Shown one piece after another: positions 8,141-17,322 of a stretch of 64,000 nucleotides of DNA. The translations under genes were made by a program, and so were the position numbers. The DNA lies in NCBI GenBank assembly GCA_949283975.1, contig CASDUK010000002.1:161-64160 (forward strand). The letters are read 5' to 3'. Origin of the DNA: an uncultured Bacillota bacterium (GTDB lineage Bacteria; Bacillota; Clostridia; Christensenellales; UBA1242). The notes below the pieces were generated by a model. That model was not told the DNA's origin. It saw only the letters and a list, made by a program, of their open reading frames with translations, and did no database searches. The stretch's first letter is position 1; each line of letters begins with the position of its first letter.

Positions 8141-8282
8141 TTAATTTACACATAAAAATGTTTAATTAAATATGTTCAAATTAACTAAGTTTTTTCTTTG
8201 AAAAACTAGTCAAATTGCACAAAAATATACTACAATTTTTTAGTCAAATTAAACAAAAAAACAACCGCTTTGGTTGTCTTTT

Positions 8283-9917
8283 TTATTCAACTGAAACAAT
8301 GTAATAATAAACCGGTTGGCCGCCATAAATTGCGGTTACCTCGCAATTTGGATATTTCTCTTCAAGCGAAGCACGAAGTTTTTCGGCGTCTTCTTCATTT
8401 ATGTCTTCACCATAGAAAAGAGTTATATTAACGCTTTCTTCATCAACCAACTTTTCAATCAAATTTTCTGTTGTTGTTTGAACATCGCTTCCCTTTGCCA
8501 AAATTGCCTTATCATCAAGGCCAATAATTTCGCCAACAGAAAGATCAAACCCGTCAACATGCGTTGCTCTAACGGCGTAGGTAACGCTTCCCGCCTTAAC
8601 GCTTTCAAGTGCGGCTGTCATTGCCTCCAAATTTTCTTCTGGTGAAACCTCTGGGTTAAACGCAAGTGAAGCTGAAATTCCCTCTGGAACATTCTTTGTT
8701 GGAACAACATAAATTGGCTTTTCGGCCAGCGCTTTTGCCTGTTCTGCTGCTAAAATTATGTTTTTGTTGTTAGGGAAGACAAAAACAGCTTCTGCTGGAA
8801 CTTTTGAAACAGCATTCGCAATGTCCGCTGCGCTTGGGTTCATGGTTTGGCCGCCTGCTATAATTTGGTCAACTGTTAAATCTGTAAACAAATTTGCAAG
8901 CCCTTCGCCCGGAGCAACAGAAACCATTCCAAGCGGTTTTAACTCTTCAACTTTTTTCATGTTCTTTTTAAGTTCGCGGTTCTGCTCGCGCATATTTTCA
9001 ATTTTTATATTCCAAATTTCGCCCAACCCAAGAGCATAGCCAAGCGCTCTGTTTGGTTCGTTTGTGTGAACATGAACCTTAACTAAGCTTAAATCGCCAA
9101 TGCAAAGAACAGAGTCGCCAATATCCATAAGTTTTTCGCGAAGTTTATCAATGTCCGCCTCTGTTGTCTTTTTAAGCATGTGGATAATCATAAATTCTGT
9201 GCAATATCCAAATTCAATATCCGCCAAGTTATTGATGTCCGCAATAACATCATCAACAGATTGAACTGGCTTTGCATCGTCAAAGTTAAAAGTAAGCGTT
9301 TCATCGCCGCAAAGGGCTTTGTAATAACCAGTAAAAAGAACAATAAGCCCTCTTCCACCGGCGTCAACAACGCCCGCTTTTTTCAAAACAGGCAACATTT
9401 CAGGCGTTTTTTGAAGAATTTCTTCGCCCTTGTCTAAGACAATTTCCATGAATTCTTCAAAATCTTGGTGTTTTTTAGCCGCCTCGCCAGCCGCCTCTGC
9501 CATTGTTCTAATAACAGTTAAAATTGTTCCCTCTTTGGGTTTTGTAACCGCCTTGTAGGCAATGTTTGCACCTTCTTGAATTGCCTTTGCAAAAATTTTG
9601 GTTGTAATTTCCTGGTGTTGCCCCAAAACAGAGGTTAAGCCCTTTAAAATTTGAGATGTAATAACACCGGAATTTCCCCTTGCCCCTCTTAGCGCGCCTT
9701 TTGCATACGCCTCGCAAAGAGAATCCATGCTGTTGTTGATGCAATTGTTAACCTCAGAAGAAGCTGACTTAATTGTTAGGAACATGTTTGTTCCCGTGTC
9801 CCCATCTGGAACAGGAAAAACATTTAGAGCATCAACAAGTTTTTTATTTTGTTCAAGCAAGCTAGCGCCTGCCATAATCATTTTCCTAAAAACGGAACCG
9901 TTAATCGTTTTTTGCAT
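8283..9917 (-). CDS. DAK2-domain fatty acid kinase subunit A (YloV/FakA family)
   Basis: LNVFPVPDGDTGTNM, GARGNSGVI, VVDAGG, GYCTE, KVHVHT, GGQTMNPS, GGQPVY. Confidence 0.93.
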   Translation of the reverse strand: MQKTINGSVFRKMIMAGASLLEQNKKLVDALNVFPVPDGDTGTNMFLTIKSASSEVNNCINNSMDSLCEAYAKGALRGARGNSGVITSQILKGLTSVLGQHQEITTKIFAKAIQEGANIAYKAVTKPKEGTILTVIRTMAEAAGEAAKKHQDFEEFMEIVLDKGEEILQKTPEMLPVLKKAGVVDAGGRGLIVLFTGYYKALCGDETLTFNFDDAKPVQSVDDVIADINNLADIEFGYCTEFMIIHMLKKTTEADIDKLREKLMDIGDSVLCIGDLSLVKVHVHTNEPNRALGYALGLGEIWNIKIENMREQNRELKKNMKKVEELKPLGMVSVAPGEGLANLFTDLTVDQIIAGGQTMNPSAADIANAVSKVPAEAVFVFPNNKNIILAAEQAKALAEKPIYVVPTKNVPEGISASLAFNPEVSPEENLEAMTAALESVKAGSVTYAVRATHVDGFDLSVGEIIGLDDKAILAKGSDVQTTTENLIEKLVDEESVNITLFYGEDINEEDAEKLRASLEEKYPNCEVTAIYGGQPVYYYIVSVE

Positions 9918-9934
9918 ATTTATCCACCTTATAG

Positions 9935-10285
9935 TTAAACACGGATTCCAACAACGTGGACATTAACAGTGTCCACTATCATACCCGTGAAATTTTCAAC
10001 ACTATATTTAACAGCGCTTTTTAAACTTTCTGCAACAGCGCTAACTGAAACTCCATATTTTAAAATGCAGTAGATATCAATAAAAATTCTGCTGTCAACA
10101 CTTGAAATTTTAACACCTTTTGAATAGGGCTGTTTTTTAATAAGCTCTGTTAAACTTTCTTTTAAAGAATTTGCAACAAGGTCTACAACGCCATAGCAAT
10201 CTAGCGCTGCGTAACCCGCAACGACAGCTATGCTTTCATCTGATATTGTTATTCTTCCATAATAATTTTTAGTATCAACTGTCAT
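9935..10285 (-). CDS. Asp23/Gls24 family protein (YloU-like)
   Basis: G-x-I-x-IS..IA.VAG.AA.dCYGVV; VNVHVVGI; usual position between rpmB and the DAK2 gene. Confidence 0.9.
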   Translation of the reverse strand: MTVDTKNYYGRITISDESIAVVAGYAALDCYGVVDLVANSLKESLTELIKKQPYSKGVKISSVDSRIFIDIYCILKYGVSVSAVAESLKSAVKYSVENFTGMIVDTVNVHVVGIRV

Positions 10286-10506
10286 CTAAAAACCTAAACT
10301 AAACAAATTCTTACGAATACTACTATACAACATTTTTAACTTTTATGCAACAATTTTATTGAGTTTGAATAAGTATTGCCTCTTTTTAAAAGTCTTAAAT
10401 CTAACAAATCATTATATGAAAAATATTTTTAGTTAATTATAAAATTTACTTGCAATTTTAAAATACTTGTGTTAAACTTTGCTAGTATAAAAATTCGGAG
10501 GAAATT

Positions 10507-10689
10507 ATGAGCAGAGTTTGTGAAATTTGCGGAAAGGGAAAAATGAGCGGAAAAAACGTTAGCCATAGCAATAGAAAATCTAACAGAACATGGGGCGTTA
10601 ACCTTCAACAAACAACAATTGAAGTTGACGGAAAAGAAAAATCCGTTCGCGCTTGCACAAAGTGTATTAAAACCCAAAAGAAAGCATAG
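10507..10689 (+). CDS. rpmB: 50S ribosomal protein L28
   Basis: MSRVCEICGK...GKNVSHSNRKSNRTWGVNLQ...CTKC. Confidence 0.96.
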   Translation: MSRVCEICGKGKMSGKNVSHSNRKSNRTWGVNLQQTTIEVDGKEKSVRACTKCIKTQKKA

Positions 10690-10729
10690 TTAAAGCGGCA
10701 ACAGTTGCTTTTTAAACAAAAGAGCCAAA

Positions 10730-12532
10730 TTAGTTTTGGCTCTTTTCTAATATTGCTTTAATTCTTCTAACGCCTGCGCTGCTGCTCTCTTCCTTAACTA
10801 TTTTAAATTTCCCAAGCAAACCTGTTGATTTTGCGTGTGGCCCGCCGCAAATTTCTCGGCTGACTTCGCCAATTGTATAAACAGAAACATTTTCGCCATA
10901 TTTGTCGCCAAAAACCCCTGTTGCGCCGCTTGCTTTTGCTTGATCAAGCGTCATGTTTTCGCAAACAACCGGAATGTTGCTTAAAATGTTTGCGTTAACC
11001 TCATCTTCAATTCTTCTAAGTTGCTCTTGGGTTAATTTTTCTGGGTAATTGAAATCAAAACGCAACCTTTCAGGGGTTATGTTAGACCCCTTTTGAACAA
11101 TTCCCCCGCCCAAAACTTTGTTTAAAGCGGCAAGCAAAAGATGGGTTGCCGTGTGAAGCTTTGCATTTTCTTCGGAAGAATCAATTAGCCCGCCTTTAAA
11201 TGTTCCAACAGAAATTCTGCTTTTCTCTTGGTGTTCTTTGAAAGCTGAGTTGAACCCTTCAATGTCAACATCAAAGCCGTTTTCCTTTGCCATTTCAACC
11301 GTTAGTTCAACTGGAAAACCAAAGGTGTCGAACAACTTAAAGGCTTTAGAACCAGAAATTGTCTTAACCTCTGGCGCAAACTTTTTCATATTAGAAATCA
11401 ACTTTTCAAACTCTTTGTTGCCCTGGATAAGGGTTTTTTCAAATTTTGAAAATTCGTGCTCCATTTCGGAAAGTATTTGCGCCCTTTTTTTGTTTAGGTT
11501 TGGATAAACATCTCCATAAACATCAATAAAATCCTCTGAAATTCCTTTCATAAGGTTTGAATCTGCTCCAAGCCCCATGATATATCTAATTGCTCTTCGC
11601 ATTAGCCTTCTTAAAACATATCCTGCGCCAACATTACTTGGAACAATTCCTTTCTCGTCGCCAATTAGCATAACAGCAGTTCGAACATGGTCGCAAATTA
11701 TTCTAATCTGTCGAGTTGTGTTTTCATCTTCGCCATATTTAACATTACATTCATTTTCAATTCTTTTAACCGCTTTTTCGAAAAGGTCTGTTTGATATGG
11801 ATCTGAAATTCCGTTAAGGAATGTTAACATTCTCTCAAAGCCAAAGCCCGTGTCAACATTTTTCTGAGAAAGCTCCTCAAGTTTCCCGCCGGGAAGCTGC
11901 TTATATTCCATGTAAACATCGTTTCCAATTTCAACAAATCTTCCACAAGGGCAATTTATATCACAACTAGGTGAACATTTATTATCATTTTTTGGATAGA
12001 ACCATTCGTTATCTGGCCCACAAGGCGTGTTGTCAAGACCTTCTAAATTCCACCAGTTTTCATCTGTGAAATAGATGTTTTCTTTCTTAATTCCATTTTC
12101 CAAAAGCAATTTTTCTGTTTCAACGTCTCTTGGAATTTTGCCCTTGCCGGCAAAAACTGTTGAGCAAATTAAATCCTTTTTAAGCCCAAAAACTTTTGTT
12201 AAAAGTTCAATTGAATATGCAACTTTTTCTCTTTTAAAATAATCGCCAATGCTCCAATTGCCCATCATTTCAAAAAAGGTGAAATGGCTTTCATCGCCAA
12301 CATTATCTATATCAACGGTTCTAATGCAGCCTTGAATGTTGCAAAGCCTTCTTCCCATTTCATGCTCTTTTTCGCCAAGAAGATATGGCATAAGCGGTTG
12401 CATTCCAGCAACGTTGAACATAACGCCAGTTTCACCATCTCCAATTAATGAAACGCTTCCAATGTTTTTATGGCCTTTGCTTTCATAATAGGAAAGCCAT
12501 TTTTCTCTTAACTCTTTGCTTGAAATTCTCAT
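10730..12532 (-). CDS. alaS: Alanine--tRNA ligase (short form)
   Basis: AGMQP, HFTFFEMMGNWS.GDYFK, VDTGFGFER, DHVR, HTATHLL editing motif, CGGPH, AGVRRI. Confidence 0.93.
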   Translation of the reverse strand: MRISSKELREKWLSYYESKGHKNIGSVSLIGDGETGVMFNVAGMQPLMPYLLGEKEHEMGRRLCNIQGCIRTVDIDNVGDESHFTFFEMMGNWSIGDYFKREKVAYSIELLTKVFGLKKDLICSTVFAGKGKIPRDVETEKLLLENGIKKENIYFTDENWWNLEGLDNTPCGPDNEWFYPKNDNKCSPSCDINCPCGRFVEIGNDVYMEYKQLPGGKLEELSQKNVDTGFGFERMLTFLNGISDPYQTDLFEKAVKRIENECNVKYGEDENTTRQIRIICDHVRTAVMLIGDEKGIVPSNVGAGYVLRRLMRRAIRYIMGLGADSNLMKGISEDFIDVYGDVYPNLNKKRAQILSEMEHEFSKFEKTLIQGNKEFEKLISNMKKFAPEVKTISGSKAFKLFDTFGFPVELTVEMAKENGFDVDIEGFNSAFKEHQEKSRISVGTFKGGLIDSSEENAKLHTATHLLLAALNKVLGGGIVQKGSNITPERLRFDFNYPEKLTQEQLRRIEDEVNANILSNIPVVCENMTLDQAKASGATGVFGDKYGENVSVYTIGEVSREICGGPHAKSTGLLGKFKIVKEESSSAGVRRIKAILEKSQN

Positions 12533-12548
12533 TCTTCTTATCCTTAAA

Positions 12549-13262
12549 TCAATCTCTGCTAATTATAACAAGCAGAAGAAATCTAATTAAATTTAAAACA
12601 CCCAAAACCAACGCAGCAACATATGTTAACCCCGCCGCTCTTAAAACTTTTTTGCAACCTGGAAGCTCTGTTGAATCCAAAATTTGAGTTTCTCTTAAAA
12701 TTTTAAGCGCTCGATTAGAGGCGTTATATTCAACGGGCAGCGTTATCAAATTTATTACAATTGCCAAAAAGAAAAACACAACTCCAGCCAAAATGAAAAT
12801 CATTCCCAAAAGGCCATCTAGCCAAAGAAAGTTAAACAAAATTCCAAGAATAACCATTGGCCAAAGGAGGGTTGAAACAAAATTTGTGAACCTAACTGCT
12901 CCGTTTCTTAATTTTGCAGGGAAATATTTTCTGTTATGTTGAATTGCATGGCCAACCTCGTGAAGAGCAATTCCAAGCGCGGCAATTGAATCGGATTCCG
13001 CAACCTCTTCTGAAAGCGAAACGCAATTTTTTGAAGGGCTGTAATTGTCTGTTAACTTTCCGTGGATAACATTAATTGTAACCTGTTCAAGATTGGCCCC
13101 GTCCAAAACCCGCCTTGCCGCATCTTTTGCTTTAATTCCACTCTTTGCCTTAACTTTGCTAAAATAATGATAGGCAGAGTTAACTTTTGCTTGGGCAACA
13201 GCCGCAAGAATAATTCCCGGCAAAAGAACAATTCCAAGTAAAATATACTGCCAATAAAGCAT
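12549..13262 (-). CDS. Membrane zinc metallopeptidase, YugP family
   Basis: G.LTDNY.P, ALHEVGHAIQH, TLPVEYNASNRAL, AAGLTYVAA. Confidence 0.88.
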   Translation of the reverse strand: MLYWQYILLGIVLLPGIILAAVAQAKVNSAYHYFSKVKAKSGIKAKDAARRVLDGANLEQVTINVIHGKLTDNYSPSKNCVSLSEEVAESDSIAALGIALHEVGHAIQHNRKYFPAKLRNGAVRFTNFVSTLLWPMVILGILFNFLWLDGLLGMIFILAGVVFFFLAIVINLITLPVEYNASNRALKILRETQILDSTELPGCKKVLRAAGLTYVAALVLGVLNLIRFLLLVIISRD

Positions 13263-13274
13263 AAGCTAGCCTCC

Positions 13275-13985
13275 TTAAAAGAGTTTAGATTTTCTTGTTA
13301 AAAACGTCCACCACAAAATGCTTCGCAAAAAATCTCCAACATATGTTAAAAGCGCTGCCTTCAACAACTCTTTAGCCATTGTCATCTCTTCATCATCAAA
13401 TGTATCTGTTCGCCTAAGAAGGTCAAGCCCTCTTTTAGAGGCGTCTTTTTCTAGCGGAATAAGTGAAAGCTTAACAATTAGTGCAAAAAGAAAAATTGCA
13501 AGTGCCAAAATTAAAAATGCAAGGCCAATGTAATATAAATCTGGAAAAAGCAAAAACAAAAACAAACCAACAACCGTGAACGGAAACATAAAATATCCAA
13601 TAATTTTAACAAGTTTTGACATTGTTCTGTTAATGCTAAGTTTTTTAGACGCATTTAGATGTTGGCTTGCATGGCCAAATTCATGGGCAACAACAGTAAG
13701 CGCCGCAACCGTTGCAGAATCGCACGTTGCCTCCGAAAGAACAACCATTCGAGACTTTGTGCTGTAGCCATCTGTTAAATAACCCTTTGTTCTTCCAACC
13801 ATAATTCTGCTTCCAAACACATTGTTGGTTAGAAAAAGAGCAAACTGCCCTCCCGTAATTTTTCTGTTGCAAGGAACATGGTTATACCTTTCAAAAGTGT
13901 CCTCTAATTGGGCGTTGGAATAAGTTGCTATTGCAAGCGCAAATAGCAAAAACAAAACAACAACACCAATTAAAATGTAAACCAT
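13275..13985 (-). CDS. Membrane zinc metallopeptidase, YugP family (divergent paralog)
   Basis: GYLTDGY, VAHEFGHASQH, PLEKDASKRGL, AALLTYV. Confidence 0.82.
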   Translation of the reverse strand: MVYILIGVVVLFLLFALAIATYSNAQLEDTFERYNHVPCNRKITGGQFALFLTNNVFGSRIMVGRTKGYLTDGYSTKSRMVVLSEATCDSATVAALTVVAHEFGHASQHLNASKKLSINRTMSKLVKIIGYFMFPFTVVGLFLFLLFPDLYYIGLAFLILALAIFLFALIVKLSLIPLEKDASKRGLDLLRRTDTFDDEEMTMAKELLKAALLTYVGDFLRSILWWTFLTRKSKLF

Positions 13986-14015
13986 AGAATAAATTATATA
14001 CTTAAGTTAAACAAA

Positions 14016-14327
14016 TTACAAATATTTTTTAACCGCTTCTTCAATTTGGTTTTTCTGCCTAAGGCCAATCATTTTTTCTTGCTCTTGGCCCTCCTTAAAG
14101 ACAATCATCGTTGGAACGCTCATAATTCCATATTTTCTAGCAAGATCCAAACTTTCGTCAATGTCAACCTTAACAACATTAAACTTGCCGTCGCTATCTT
14201 CTTCAACTTTCTCTAAAATTGGAGAAAGCATTTTACATGGCCCACACCATGTTGCAAAAAAATCAACAATTGTTGGCTTTTCGCCCTTAATAACCTCTTC
14301 AAATTCATTGCTTTGAACAATTTTCAT
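14016..14327 (-). CDS. trxA: Thioredoxin
   Basis: DFFATWCGPCKM, SVPT. Confidence 0.95.
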   Translation of the reverse strand: MKIVQSNEFEEVIKGEKPTIVDFFATWCGPCKMLSPILEKVEEDSDGKFNVVKVDIDESLDLARKYGIMSVPTMIVFKEGQEQEKMIGLRQKNQIEEAVKKYL

Positions 14328-14712
14328 TTTTCTCCTCCTCTATATTATTATTAACTTTTTCAACAATATATTTATTAGTTGGAATTTTAGAAAGAAAAAT
14401 TTTTATTAAAACCAAACAAATTAAACCAAAAATTGTCGTTCCTATAACCAAAAGAAAGTGATATAACTCTTCCTTAAAGAAAAACCCAAAGCCAAAGCCA
14501 AACAGAAATGTTATCATTGGAAGCATATAGATTAAAATTTCAAGCGCGCAACTCAAAAAAGGTTCTTTTAACAAATTAACCTTTTGGCCAACTTCAAGCT
14601 TTTCGTTTGACTTTGCAACAAATTTTTCTTCACCAGAAGAAACTAAAACAACTTTTTCGTTTGCCTCTAAAACCGTGCAATTTTCTTTAAAAATTTCCTT
14701 TTCTTTCATCAT
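14305..14712 (-). CDS. Small membrane protein, possibly RseC/MucC-like
   Basis: LEVGQKV..., IYMLP and two C-terminal TM helices; the usual Cys motif is absent. Confidence 0.45.
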   Translation of the reverse strand: MMKEKEIFKENCTVLEANEKVVLVSSGEEKFVAKSNEKLEVGQKVNLLKEPFLSCALEILIYMLPMITFLFGFGFGFFFKEELYHFLLVIGTTIFGLICLVLIKIFLSKIPTNKYIVEKVNNNIEEEKNENCSKQ

Positions 14713-14749
14713 TCGTATTATATCAAATTATAATCTCTAATCAAAGCGT

Positions 14750-15421
14750 TTAATCAAGTAATTTATTAATTACATAAGCGCCAATTGTAATTCCGCAAGC
14801 AGAAGGATAGAAACTTGTTGAACCAACTTTTGAACTTTTAATTGAATCATCTGGCGAATAACAAACCGTTAGGTTTTCAATTTTATTGTCTTTTGCAAGT
14901 TTTCTAAATTTTTTAGAAAGAGGGTCGTTGTGTGTTTTAAATAAATCATCTATTTTAAAGTTTGGAATTGAAATTCTGTTTCCCGCCCCCATTGAGCTTA
15001 TGATGTTAATTCCCCTTTCCTGGCAAATTTTTGCAAGCAAAATTTTTCCGTTTAAATCGTCAATTGCATCAACAACAAAGTTATAATTATCATTAAAAAT
15101 TTGACAAATTGTTTCTTTATTTACTTTAACATTATATGTAAAAACATTGCAGTTTGGGTTAATTTCAAAAATTCTTTCCTTCATAACCTCAACTTTTGGG
15201 CGGCCAATTGTTGAGGAAAGCGCAATAATTTGCCTGTTTATGTTGCTTTGGCTAACGTTGTCGAAATCTACAATTGAAAGATTTCCAACCCCGCCTCTTG
15301 CCAAAATTTCGCAAACATAGCCGCCAACTCCTCCAATTCCAACAACTAAAACATGGGCAAACTTTAATTTATCCATGTTTTCCTTCCCAAACAAAAGCTC
15401 AGACCTAGAAAATCTTTCCAT
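14750..15421 (-). CDS. tcdA: tRNA threonylcarbamoyladenosine dehydratase (ThiF family)
   Basis: RFSRSELL, GIGGVG, SNINRQ, VVDAID, ISSMGAG, THNDPL. Confidence 0.88.
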   Translation of the reverse strand: MERFSRSELLFGKENMDKLKFAHVLVVGIGGVGGYVCEILARGGVGNLSIVDFDNVSQSNINRQIIALSSTIGRPKVEVMKERIFEINPNCNVFTYNVKVNKETICQIFNDNYNFVVDAIDDLNGKILLAKICQERGINIISSMGAGNRISIPNFKIDDLFKTHNDPLSKKFRKLAKDNKIENLTVCYSPDDSIKSSKVGSTSFYPSACGITIGAYVINKLLD

Positions 15422-16728
15422 TATAAAACATACTTTTTAAGGTCATATTTCTTTCTGTTTTCGCTAAATGCGTTTTGAACATATGGCCTGTCTATTTTAA
15501 CTTTAAGCATTGGGTGGTCGCCTGTTGCGTTGAATGAAATGTCCTCCAAAACCTTTTCAATAATTGAATGAAGACGCCTTGCCCCAATGTTTTCGCTGGT
15601 TTCATTTTCAACTTCCGCCATCTCTGAAATTTCTTTAAGAGCATCATCTGTAAATTCAAGGTCAATGTTGTCAACTTTCAAAAGCTCTGCATACTGCGTT
15701 GTTACAGAAGTTTTTGTTTCGGTTAAAATTCGATAGAAATCTTCCTTGGTTAAATTTTTTAATTCAACTTTAATTGGAAATCTTCCTTGAAGTTCTGGAA
15801 TCATATCCTCAATTTTCGAAACATGAAACGCGCCAGAAGCGATGAACAAAATATAGTCTGTCTTAACATTTCCATATTTTGTTGCAACTGTTGAACCTTC
15901 AACAATCGGAAGAATGTCCCTCTGAACGCCTTCGCGTGAAACATCTGGGCCATTTGAAGCCGATTTTCCAATAATTTTATCCATCTCGTCAATGAAAATA
16001 ATTCCATCCTCTTCTGCGCGGCGAATTGCTTCGCTGTTAACGCTGTCCATGTCAATCATCTTCTCAGATTCTTCTGAAATTAAAAGTTCCCTTGCCTCTT
16101 TAATTGTAACTTTTCTTCTCTTCTTCTTCTGAGGGAAAATTCCGCCCATAATTGTTCCAATGTTAATTTCTGCAACGCCGCTTGAAAGGTCAAGCGGTTT
16201 TGGCGTGTCTTTAACTTCAATTTCAACAATTTCTTCGTCCAACTTTCCCTCGAAGTAATCAGCCTTAACTTTTTCTTTTAACTCATCTGGATTTTCTGTT
16301 GGGTTTTTTGCAAGCTGAGCCTTTGTTATTGCGTCAAGCAAAATTCTATCAACAACTTCCTTTGCTTTGGTTTCAACTTCGTGTTGCTTTTCATCTTTAA
16401 CCATTCTAACAGAAGTTTCAACAAGGTCTCTAACCATGCTTTCAACATCTCTTCCAACATAGCCAACTTCGGTGTATTTAGTTGCCTCAATTTTGATAAA
16501 TGGCGCTTTAACAAGCTTTGCAAGCCTTCTTGCAATCTCCGTTTTTCCAACGCCGGTTGGGCCTTTCATTATAATATTTTTTGGCGTAATTTCATCTTTC
16601 ATTTCTTTTGAAAGTTTGCTCCTGCGGTAGCGATTTCTAAGCGCAACAGCAACGGCCTTTTTCGCCTCGTTTTGGCCAATTATATATTGATTTAATTGTT
16701 CAACAATTTGTTTTGGCGTTAAATTCAT
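15421..16728 (-). CDS. hslU: ATP-dependent protease ATPase subunit HslU/ClpY
   Basis: GPTGVGKTEIARRLA, EVGYVGRDVESM, SREGVQRD, GARRL. Confidence 0.97.
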   Translation of the reverse strand: MNLTPKQIVEQLNQYIIGQNEAKKAVAVALRNRYRRSKLSKEMKDEITPKNIIMKGPTGVGKTEIARRLAKLVKAPFIKIEATKYTEVGYVGRDVESMVRDLVETSVRMVKDEKQHEVETKAKEVVDRILLDAITKAQLAKNPTENPDELKEKVKADYFEGKLDEEIVEIEVKDTPKPLDLSSGVAEINIGTIMGGIFPQKKKRRKVTIKEARELLISEESEKMIDMDSVNSEAIRRAEEDGIIFIDEMDKIIGKSASNGPDVSREGVQRDILPIVEGSTVATKYGNVKTDYILFIASGAFHVSKIEDMIPELQGRFPIKVELKNLTKEDFYRILTETKTSVTTQYAELLKVDNIDLEFTDDALKEISEMAEVENETSENIGARRLHSIIEKVLEDISFNATGDHPMLKVKIDRPYVQNAFSENRKKYDLKKYVL

Positions 16729-16738
16729 AATCTCTCCT

Positions 16739-17272
16739 TTAAATTTCTTCAACAGTTAGGTTGTCATTTGTAAACACGCAAATTTTGCCTGCAATTTCAA
16801 GCGCTTTTTTAGCAATTTCCCTTGCGCTTAGTTTTGTGTTCTCAATTAATGCTTTTGCTGCTGCAAGTGCATAGTTCCCGCCAGAACCAATTGCACAAAC
16901 TCCGTCTGAAGGTTCAATAACATCGCCGTTTCCAGAAAGAATTAAAACTTGGTTTGAATCTGCAACAATCATCATTGCCTCAAGTTTTCTTAAAACTTTG
17001 TCTCCCCTCCAAAGCTGGGCAAGTTCAACCGCGCTTCTCATTAAGTTTCCAGAATATTTGTTTAACATTTCTTCAAAGCGTTCGCAAAGGCTGAACGCAT
17101 CTGCAACAGAACCGGCAAAGCCAACAACAACTTTGTCGTCATAAATTCTTCTAACTTTAACTGCATTGTCTTTAAAAATAACACTATTTTGCATGGTAAC
17201 TTGGCCGTCTCCGGCAATTGCCGTTTTTCCGTTGCGCTTTACCGCGCAAATTGTTGTTCCTCTAAGTTCCAT
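16739..17272 (-). CDS. hslV: ATP-dependent protease peptidase subunit HslV/ClpQ
   Basis: [27 protein letters not shown]. Confidence 0.97.
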   Translation of the reverse strand: MELRGTTICAVKRNGKTAIAGDGQVTMQNSVIFKDNAVKVRRIYDDKVVVGFAGSVADAFSLCERFEEMLNKYSGNLMRSAVELAQLWRGDKVLRKLEAMMIVADSNQVLILSGNGDVIEPSDGVCAIGSGGNYALAAAKALIENTKLSAREIAKKALEIAGKICVFTNDNLTVEEI

Positions 17273-17322
17273 AGATCCTCCAAATAAATTATATATCTCT
17301 AAAACTTTTATTCAAAACATTT

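Noticed and set aside
8141-8282. Repeated TAGTCAAATT and a promoter-like TTGCAC...TACAAT between convergent genes
   Set aside because: Only two short copies in very AT-rich DNA with wrong promoter spacing; not enough to call an sRNA or operator.
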